Part shown: positions 9,424-15,933 of the stretch, piece after piece | Position numbering within the stretch: position 1 is the stretch's first letter | How the letters are laid out: each line of letters starts with the position of its first letter | Assembly (NCBI RefSeq): GCF_964030875.1 | Contig: NZ_OZ034981.1 | Location: forward strand, 30,001 to 62,000 | Direction: 5' to 3' | Source of the DNA: Candidatus Saccharimonadota bacterium | GTDB lineage: Bacteria; Bacteroidota; Bacteroidia; Flavobacteriales; Blattabacteriaceae | Length of the DNA: 32,000 nucleotides | Program-made: the position numbers and the translations under genes | The notes under the pieces: generated by a model | What the model was told of the DNA's origin: nothing | Databases searched by the model: none | Seen by the model: only the letters and a program-made list of their open reading frames with translations

Positions 9424-9467
9424 TCAACTGTCAACTGTCAACTGTAAACTGTCAACTGTCAACTGTC
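9424..9467. repeat. Heptanucleotide microsatellite (tcaactg) x6.3, one variant copy taaactg
   Basis: Read directly: tcaactg tcaactg tcaactg taaactg tcaactg tcaactg tc. Confidence 0.9.
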
Positions 9468-9598
9468 TAAACAACTTAAGTATGTTAATAAACGTGGATT
9501 TTACCATAATAGAAAAAGGAATTACAATCAATTTATCACTATGTAGAAAAAATAGCTAAATACTATCCGACCTTGAGAGGTCAGTGAACGTCAATATT

Positions 9599-10189
9599 TT
9601 AGGGTAGACAATATACCTTAAACACGGCTTCAAAAAGATTCTTTAACTCCAAAATTACTTTTTCCATAGAAAATTTCCGTCCTAATTCTTGAGCAATTGA
9701 ACTTACTCCTTTTCCTTTTAGCCCACAAGGGCTAATCTGATTAAAATAACTCATATCAGTATTAATGTTTAGCGCCAATCCATGCATACTTACCCAATTA
9801 CTCATTTTAATACCTATAGCACATATTTTTCGTGCAGAAGACTTTCCTACATCCAACCAAACTCCTGTTTCTCCTAATAATCTGTCACAAGACAATCCGT
9901 ATAGAGATAATAAACGAATGACAACTTCTTCTAAAGAACGTAAATATTTATGTATATCTATAAAAAAAGATTCTAAATCTAATATAGGATAAACTACCAG
10001 TTGTCCAGGACCATGGTAAGTAACATTACCTCCTCTGTCAATTTTGTAAAAACGGGCTCCTAATTGGTTCAGACGCTTTGTAGATAATAAAATGTAATCG
10101 TCATATTTAGCTTTTCTACCTATAGTATATACATGCGGATGTTCGGCTAATAAAAGATAACCGACATTTCTTTGATCTTTAAAAGACAT
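9599..10189 (-). CDS. lipB: Octanoyltransferase LipB, main (C-terminal 196-codon) reading frame; the N-terminal part lies upstream in another frame
   Basis: The ORF contains LLLAEHPHVYTIGRKA, DRGGNVTYHGPGQLVVYPI, RKICAIGIKMSNWVSMHGLALN and ISPCGL, which are LipB catalytic-core motifs. It lacks the usual N-terminal roughly 35 residues. Confidence 0.85.
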   Translation of the reverse strand: MSFKDQRNVGYLLLAEHPHVYTIGRKAKYDDYILLSTKRLNQLGARFYKIDRGGNVTYHGPGQLVVYPILDLESFFIDIHKYLRSLEEVVIRLLSLYGLSCDRLLGETGVWLDVGKSSARKICAIGIKMSNWVSMHGLALNINTDMSYFNQISPCGLKGKGVSSIAQELGRKFSMEKVILELKNLFEAVFKVYCLP

Positions 10190-10290
10190 TTTTTTTTAAT
10201 GAGAAGTTGTTGAAACAGATATTTTTGATATTCCCAAGACTTTAAATAATCTATAAGACCTAAATTATTTCCCCAAACAATTTTTTTCAT
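10147..10290 (-). pseudogene. lipB: lipB N-terminal fragment, out of frame with the main ORF at an A9 tract
   Basis: Minus-strand ATG at 10290 gives MKKIVWGNNLGLIDYLKSWEYQKYLFQQLLIKKK, then runs out of frame to a TAG at 10147-10149. The LGLxDY...W..Q pattern is the canonical LipB N-terminus. The frames meet in the + strand T9 run at 10189-10197. Confidence 0.7.
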
Positions 10291-10373
10291 TGTTAATGTT
10301 CAAATATACTACTAGTTCTTGAGCAATTTTTCCGTCTTATAAAATAAAACCTACATAAGTGTTATTCGACCCT

Positions 10374-10736
10374 CTATGCTAAAGAGGAGTTTCTTTTTTC
10401 TTTTAGACACGATTTTTTACCTCTTAGTTTAGAAAAGTAATAAATTTTTGATCGTCTGACTTTTCCTTTTTTATTAACTTCTATTTTTTTAATATTAGGT
10501 TGGCTTATTATAAATAAACGTTCAACTCCCACGTCTCCACTCATTTTTCTAACAGAAAAAGTGGCTGTATAACCTTCTCCTTTTTTTTTAATGACTACTC
10601 CTTTAAAGGATTGTACACGAATTTTTGATCCTTCTTTGATCTCAGAAAAAACAGTAATGGTATCTCCAGGATTAAAATTAGTACTCTCTTTTTTATAAAG
10701 AGATTTTTCTTGTACATATTTTATGAGTGTGTGCAT
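10374..10736 (-). CDS. rplS: 50S ribosomal protein L19
   Basis: 120-aa ORF; FNPGDTITV...RVQSFKGVVIKKKG...TFSVRK...GVERLF is the L19 signature. Confidence 0.9.
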   Translation of the reverse strand: MHTLIKYVQEKSLYKKESTNFNPGDTITVFSEIKEGSKIRVQSFKGVVIKKKGEGYTATFSVRKMSGDVGVERLFIISQPNIKKIEVNKKGKVRRSKIYYFSKLRGKKSCLKEKRNSSLA

Positions 10737-10868
10737 GGCATAAAAAAAAACATTTTAAACAAATATACATATATTAAAAAAATTACCATGGTAATTATTG
10801 ATCGTGGTTATTAATAAATTGTCGTTATTCTTCTTGGTTCTTGGCGTATATTACAGATATAATTCGTA

Positions 10869-10943
10869 GGCCTCGTAGCTTAATTGGACAGAGCATCTGA
10901 CTACGGATCAGAAGGTTTGTGGGTTCGACTCCCTCCGAGGTCA
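10869..10943 (+). tRNA. tRNA-Arg (ACG)
   Basis: Hand-folded 75 nt: acceptor ggcctcg/cgaggtc, D stem gctt/gagc, perfect anticodon stem tctga/tcaga with loop ctACGga (ACG at 10903-10905), T loop ttcgact. There is one U-U mismatch in the T stem. Confidence 0.85.
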
Positions 10944-10981
10944 CACCATAATGAGTTATTTATCAAAACGTTAAGAATAAT

Positions 10982-11391
10982 CTGCACCCCATAATTCTGT
11001 TCGCAGATCTAGAAATAAGGGATGATTTCCAATTTATTAATGCTGTATATTTGCCTAAGAACCAATAATCCGATATCGTCGTTTATAATTATTCCGTAGA
11101 TTTTTAAAATCACAGTATGACGTAAAGTGATGTCGTCTATGTTCCCAGTAACTACTCGTTTGTAGAAATACTACTTTATAGAATTCCTTTTTGTAATTTG
11201 ACAGAGCCTTCGTAAGGAACTTGACGAACATACTAAGCGTGAGAGTCTACTTCACCTACGCACATGCCCTTATGATTGGTATAAAAATTCCGATTTTTAA
11301 CGAGTGCTGTATGCATTATGTAGGAGAAACTATAGCAAAAAAATTATCACTATATTTTAAGAGTATAGACAACCTTTTTTCTCCAAAGACT
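10982..11391 (+). pseudogene. Possible eroded NAD-dependent DNA ligase (LigA) remnant
   Basis: Frame of 11311-11376 reads MHYVGETIAKKLSLYFKSIDNL. This matches the LigA helix-hairpin-helix segment GIRxVGExxAxxLAxxFxSIDxL. A weaker upstream fragment in another frame (10982-11068), LHPIILFADLEIRDDFQF, resembles IPLxL...LEIRGE of the adenylation domain. Order and strand are consistent, but stops and frame changes intervene. Confidence 0.3.
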
Positions 11392-11426
11392 TAAAGAGGA
11401 CGGGTTGAATGTAAAAAAAATGAACG

Positions 11427-13853
11427 ATGAAATATATTGAAAATAAAATCATAAACATTTTAGAATCGGATTTTGAACATGATACAGAATTTATTCCTTT
11501 GATAAATCAGGATGAGGAAGAACCTCTACTTAAAGAGGGTGGAGTTACAGAACAAATTACTATTTTACCAGTACGAAACGTTGTTTTGTTCCCTGGAGTA
11601 GTTATTCCTATTACAGCTGGACGCACTCGTTCTATTCAATTACTTCAAGATACTTACCGTGCGGACAAAACAGTAGGAGTACTTACCCAGAAAGATATGA
11701 ATATAGACCAACCTACTGAAAAAGACTTGTATCCTATTGGGACAGTATCTAAGATTTTAAAACTATTAAAAATGCCCGATGGGAATACTACAGTAATTCT
11801 TCAGGGAAAACACCGATTTATCATTAAGCAATTCATTCAAGAAAAACCCTATTTCAAAGCTGAAATTTTCCCATTACAAGAACTACATCCTCTTCTTGAG
11901 GATAAAGAATATCTGACTTTAGTAGAATCCATAAAAGAGTTAGCTATAAAAATTATACAAGAAAATACCAACATACCATCTGAAGCAAATTTTGCTATTA
12001 GAAACATAGAAAACCCTTCATTTCTTATTAATTTTGTGGCAGCTAATATGGGATTCCCAATCAAAGATAAACAAAATCTTCTAAATGAAAACGATATAAA
12101 AAAAAGAGCGGTAAAAACCTATCGTTTTTTGAGCATAGAACATCAGCAAATACGTATTAAAAATGAGATTCAATCTCGAGTTCGTAGCGATATGGACCAA
12201 CAACAACGGGAATATTTTCTACAACAGCAAATCAAGGCTATCCAAGAGGAATTGGGTGATCTTTCTGATGAAAAAGAAATTGAAGAGATGCGTACTAAGG
12301 CTGCTAGAAAAAAATGGCCTAAGGAAGTATCGGAACAATTTGAGAAGGAACTTTACAAGTTCCAAAGGAGTAATTCTCAAATGCCTGAATATACTGTACA
12401 ACGCAATTATTTAGATCTAATGCTTGATTTACCTTGGAAAAAATATTCTAAAGACCATTTTGATTTATATAGAGTGCAGAAAATTCTTGACAGAGAACAT
12501 GCTGGACTTGAGAAAGTCAAAGAGAGAATTATTGAACATTTAGCTGTATTAAAGCTACGTGCTGATATGCGTTCTCCTATTCTATGTCTCTATGGTCCTC
12601 CAGGGGTTGGAAAAACTTCTCTAGGAAAATCTATTGCTTACGCACTAAAAAGAAAATACGTCCGGATTTCATTAGGAGGTATGTCCGATGAAGCTGAAAT
12701 TCGCGGACATCGTAGAACTTATATTGGAGCAATGCCAGGACGAATATTACAATCTATAAAAAAATCAAAAACTTCTAATCCTGTTTTTGTTTTAGATGAA
12801 ATTGATAAAATGTGTTCCGGAGCACATGGAGATCCTTCATCAGCTATGCTTGAAGTCTTAGATCCGGAACAGAATACTTCTTTTTACGATAATTTTTTAG
12901 AATTAGGTTATGATCTTTCTAAGGTGTTTTTTATAGCTACTGCCAACTCACTTTCTAGCATAGACTCTCCGCTTTTAGATCGTATGGAAATCATTGAAAT
13001 AAATGGATATACTATTGAAGAAAAAATAGAAATTTCTTACAAACATATACTGCCAAAACAATTAAAAGCTCATGGGTTAAAAAGAACTGATTTAATACTG
13101 GGAAAAAAACAATTTGAAAAAGTTATCGAAAGTTATACAAAAGAATCCGGGGTCAGAGAGTTAGAAAAACAGTTTGCTAAGTTGGCTAGACATGCAGCTA
13201 AAAATATTGCGATAGGAAATACATTTTCAAAACGATTGAGTGTAGAGGAGATAGAAAAAATATTAGGAGTACCTAAAGATATAGAACGTTATGAAGGAGA
13301 GAGTATACCAATTGGTGTTGTTACTGGATTAGCTTGGACTAGTACAGGTGGTGATATTCTTTATATTGAATCTATTCTTTCACAAGGAAAAGGTCTATTA
13401 AGTATTACTGGAAACCTGGGAGAAATTATGAAAGAGTCTGCTACTATTGCGTTACAATACATAAAAGCTCACTATCAGGAGTTTAATATAGATCCCAATC
13501 TGTTTTCAAAAACAAATATACATATACACGTTCCTGAAGGTGCTGTTCCGAAAGATGGACCATCGGCTGGTATTACTATGCTTGCATCCTTGATATCAAG
13601 TTATACAGGTAGAAAAGTCAAACCTTATTTAGCAATGACAGGTGAAATTACTTTACGAGGAAGAGTATTGCCTGTGGGAGGCATTAAAGAAAAAATATTG
13701 GCAGCGAAACGTTCATGCATTAAGGAGATCATTCTTTCTCATAAAAATAGAAAAGATATTGCTGATATTAAGAAAGAATATCTGGAGGGCTTGACGTTTT
13801 TTTACGTGAAAGAGATGAAGGAAGTAATCGATATTGCTTTAATGAAAAATTAG
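11427..13853 (+). CDS. lon: ATP-dependent Lon protease
   Basis: 808-aa ORF with a Lon N-domain, the AAA+ Walker [10 protein letters not shown], and the protease site [11 protein letters not shown] with the catalytic Ser. Confidence 0.95.
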   Translation: MKYIENKIINILESDFEHDTEFIPLINQDEEEPLLKEGGVTEQITILPVRNVVLFPGVVIPITAGRTRSIQLLQDTYRADKTVGVLTQKDMNIDQPTEKDLYPIGTVSKILKLLKMPDGNTTVILQGKHRFIIKQFIQEKPYFKAEIFPLQELHPLLEDKEYLTLVESIKELAIKIIQENTNIPSEANFAIRNIENPSFLINFVAANMGFPIKDKQNLLNENDIKKRAVKTYRFLSIEHQQIRIKNEIQSRVRSDMDQQQREYFLQQQIKAIQEELGDLSDEKEIEEMRTKAARKKWPKEVSEQFEKELYKFQRSNSQMPEYTVQRNYLDLMLDLPWKKYSKDHFDLYRVQKILDREHAGLEKVKERIIEHLAVLKLRADMRSPILCLYGPPGVGKTSLGKSIAYALKRKYVRISLGGMSDEAEIRGHRRTYIGAMPGRILQSIKKSKTSNPVFVLDEIDKMCSGAHGDPSSAMLEVLDPEQNTSFYDNFLELGYDLSKVFFIATANSLSSIDSPLLDRMEIIEINGYTIEEKIEISYKHILPKQLKAHGLKRTDLILGKKQFEKVIESYTKESGVRELEKQFAKLARHAAKNIAIGNTFSKRLSVEEIEKILGVPKDIERYEGESIPIGVVTGLAWTSTGGDILYIESILSQGKGLLSITGNLGEIMKESATIALQYIKAHYQEFNIDPNLFSKTNIHIHVPEGAVPKDGPSAGITMLASLISSYTGRKVKPYLAMTGEITLRGRVLPVGGIKEKILAAKRSCIKEIILSHKNRKDIADIKKEYLEGLTFFYVKEMKEVIDIALMKN

Positions 13854-13858
13854 TATAC

Positions 13859-15085
13859 ATGAATTTATCATCTACTCTAGATGTAGAACTATTACGAACT
13901 TTAGCAGAAAAGTATGGGACACCCTTATACGTATACGATGCTGAGAAAATTATGAATCAGGATGAAAAAATAAAGCAAGCCTTTTCTTGTATAGATAAAC
14001 TTGGAATACACTATGCTTGCAAAGCAAACACGAATCTAAATATTTTAAAATTATTAAAAAAAAAAGGAATAGGATTAGATACTGTTTCTATTCAAGAGGT
14101 AGAGATTGGAATATTGGCAGGATTTACCCCAAAAAAAATTATATATACTCCTAATGGAGTCTCTATGGAGGAGATAATAAAAGCGAAAGAATTTGGGGTA
14201 CGTATTCACATAGATAATCTTTCTCTATTGGAGCAATTTGGACAAGAATTCTCTTTAGATTATCCTATCGGGATTCGGATTAATCCACATATTGTGGGTG
14301 GAGGTAATGAAAAAATTTCTGTTGGACATATCGATTCTAAATTTGGGATTTCTTACTATCAATTTCCCCATATCAAACGGATTGTAGAAAATACTAAGTT
14401 AAAAGTAGAAGGACTTCATATGCATACAGGCTCTGATATATTGGATGTAGAAATTTTTTTAAGAGGTGCTGATATTTTATTCGATGCAGCTATAAAATTC
14501 AAAGATCTAGAATATATAGATTTTGGCAGCGGTTTTAAAGTATCTTATAACCCGGTAGATGTCCCAACATATATTCAAAAGTTAGGACCTTTATTAGGTA
14601 AAAAAGTTAATAAATTTTATAACGAATATGGGAAAACACTTTGTTTAGTGTTTGAACCTGGAAAATTTCTCCTGAGTGAATCAGGTTATTTTCTTGTCAA
14701 AGTAAATACTATTAAACAAACTATTTCATCAGTTTTTGCTTGTGTAAATTCAGGTTTTAATCACTTTATTCGACCAATGTTTTACAATGCTTATCATAAC
14801 ATCGAAAATATTTCTAATCCGTCAGGACGTGTTCGTTTATATACAGTGGTAGGATATATATGTGAATCGGATACTTTTGGTTTAAATCAGAAAATAAGTG
14901 AAATTCATGAGGGAGATATTCTATGTTTGAGGAACGCCGGGGCTTATTGTTTTTGTATGTCCTCAAATTATAATTCTAGATATCGTCCGGCCGAAGTGAT
15001 GATTTATAAAAAACAGGATTATCTAATCAGACAAAGAGAAACTATTCAAGATATATTAAGAAATATAGTGGAAATAACTCTATAA
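13859..15085 (+). CDS. lysA: Diaminopimelate decarboxylase
   Basis: 408-aa ORF of the PLP-dependent Orn/DAP decarboxylase fold ([31 protein letters not shown]). Confidence 0.9.
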   Translation: MNLSSTLDVELLRTLAEKYGTPLYVYDAEKIMNQDEKIKQAFSCIDKLGIHYACKANTNLNILKLLKKKGIGLDTVSIQEVEIGILAGFTPKKIIYTPNGVSMEEIIKAKEFGVRIHIDNLSLLEQFGQEFSLDYPIGIRINPHIVGGGNEKISVGHIDSKFGISYYQFPHIKRIVENTKLKVEGLHMHTGSDILDVEIFLRGADILFDAAIKFKDLEYIDFGSGFKVSYNPVDVPTYIQKLGPLLGKKVNKFYNEYGKTLCLVFEPGKFLLSESGYFLVKVNTIKQTISSVFACVNSGFNHFIRPMFYNAYHNIENISNPSGRVRLYTVVGYICESDTFGLNQKISEIHEGDILCLRNAGAYCFCMSSNYNSRYRPAEVMIYKKQDYLIRQRETIQDILRNIVEITL

Positions 15086-15094
15086 GAGAGAGTT

Positions 15095-15182
15095 GGAGAG
15101 GTGGCAGAGTGGTCTATTGCGGTGGTCTTGAAAACCATTGAGAGTAACATCTCCGCGGGTTCGAATCCCTCCTTCTCCGCCA
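15095..15182 (+). tRNA. tRNA-Ser (TGA), CCA encoded
   Basis: Acceptor ggagagg/cttctcc, 3-bp D stem, anticodon stem gtggt/accat with loop ctTGAaa (TGA at 15129-15131), long variable arm, T loop ttcgaat, terminal gcca. Confidence 0.9.
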
Positions 15183-15189
15183 TATTTTA

Positions 15190-15264
15190 GGACATTTAGC
15201 TCAGTTGGTTAAGAGCGATACCTTGACAGGGTATAGGTCATCGGTTCAATTCCGATAATGTCCA
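15190..15264 (+). tRNA. tRNA-Val (GAC)
   Basis: Fully paired cloverleaf: acceptor ggacatt/aatgtcc, D gctc/gagc, anticodon stem atacc/ggtat with loop ttGACag (15225-15227), T arm atcgg-ttcaatt-ccgat. Confidence 0.9.
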
Positions 15265-15300
15265 CGGGTGAAATTTTTTACTGAACGGATTTAAAATGAG

Positions 15301-15375
15301 TGGGCTGTACTGGATTCGAACCAGCGACCTTCTACTCGTAAGGTAGACGCTCTAACCCAGCTAAGCTAACCGCCC
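15301..15375 (-). tRNA. tRNA-Val (TAC)
   Basis: The reverse complement gggcggttagcttagctgggttagagcgtctaccttacgagtagaaggtcgctggttcgaatccagtacagccca folds with anticodon stem tctac/gtaga and loop ctTACga. There is one G-A mismatch in the acceptor stem. Confidence 0.85.
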
Positions 15376-15396
15376 TTTTACAAATATAACATATTT

Positions 15397-15546
15397 TTCT
15401 ATTCAGTTAATCCAGCGTGCATCGTTCTATTCAGTTAATCCAGCGTGCATCGTTCTATTCAGTTAATCCAGCGTGCATCGTTCTATTCAGTTAATCCAGC
15501 GTGCATCGTTCTATTCAGTTAATCCAGCGTGCATCGTTTTATTCTA
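15397..15546. repeat. 28-bp tandem array A, 5 perfect copies plus a partial copy (unit ttctattcagttaatccagcgtgcatcg)
   Basis: Identical copies start at 15397, 15425, 15453, 15481 and 15509. A degenerate partial copy follows from 15537. Confidence 0.95.
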
Positions 15547-15553
15547 GCTCCTA

Positions 15554-15574
15554 AAGTCCCAAGTCCCAATCCCC
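15554..15574. repeat. 7-bp triplet aagtccc aagtccc aatcccc in the core between the two 28-bp arrays
   Basis: Read directly at 15554-15560, 15561-15567 and 15568-15574 (the third copy has 2 changes). Confidence 0.6.
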
Positions 15575-15663
15575 GCATAACTGTTGCACGATGCGGATAA
15601 CATAGTGCTACCAATCCACAAATGGCCAAGGAGCATCGTAAATGGTGCCATCGACTGAAAACT

Positions 15664-15775
15664 TTTGGAACAGTAACTGAAGCGATGCTCCTTTGGAACA
15701 GTAACTGAAGCGATGCTCCTTTGGAACAGTAACTGAAGCGATGCTCCTTTGGAACAGTAACTGAAGCGATGCTCC
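15664..15775. repeat. 28-bp tandem array B, 4 perfect copies (unit tttggaacagtaactgaagcgatgctcc), related to the reverse complement of array A
   Basis: Identical copies start at 15664, 15692, 15720 and 15748. The rotated unit cgatgctcctttggaacagtaactgaag and rc(A) cgatgcacgctggattaactgaatagaa share cgatgc, tgga and taactgaa in the same order. Confidence 0.95.
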
Positions 15776-15908
15776 TAAAAAATTTTGCAGTGGTTAGTAA
15801 AGTAGCACATCAAATATTATCAAACAGGGGAGAATTTAGTACAATGTAATGCATATTACGCACATAGGTTTCGTGTCTCTCTATCTTTAATTTTTACGGC
15901 ATGCTTAT

Positions 15909-15925
15909 ACCGGATTATGGCCGGT
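15909..15925 (-). terminator. GC-rich hairpin just 3' of the helicase stop codon; weak terminator candidate
   Basis: accgg-attatgg-ccggt forms a 5-bp stem 9 nt downstream of the stop at 15934. No U-tract follows, so this is only a candidate. Confidence 0.25.
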
Positions 15926-15933
15926 GAAAAATT

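Noticed and set aside
8673-9598. Hidden RNase P RNA or tmRNA in the large rpoZ-lipB spacer
   Set aside because: Several fragments resemble known RNA motifs: gaggaaag at 9261-9268 versus GAGGAAAGUCC, ggtgcgg at 9335-9341 versus GGUGCGGUAAG, aaaacccgtattcgg at 8716-8730 versus ACAGAACCCGGCUUAUCGG, and gctttagctgct at 8780-8791 versus a tmRNA ALAA tag. However, they are in the wrong order for one molecule, lack the pairing partners, and no tRNA-like T arm or acceptor end is present. Only Infernal/Rfam could settle this.
10781-10796. 16-bp perfect palindrome aattaccatggtaatt upstream of rplS
   Set aside because: A single AT-rich palindrome of this size is not improbable by chance in 32 kb of AT-rich DNA, and no second copy or associated regulator was seen.
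15612-15620. DnaA-box-like 9-mer caatccaca in the core between the 28-bp arrays
   Set aside because: It matches the TTATCCACA consensus at only 7 of 9 positions and occurs once. This is insufficient to call an oriC, so it is mentioned only as context for the origin hypothesis.
15397-15775. CRISPR array reading of the 28-bp repeats
   Set aside because: The copies abut directly with no spacers between them, the two arrays have different (inverted, diverged) units, and no cas genes are in the window. This is tandem minisatellite architecture, not CRISPR.
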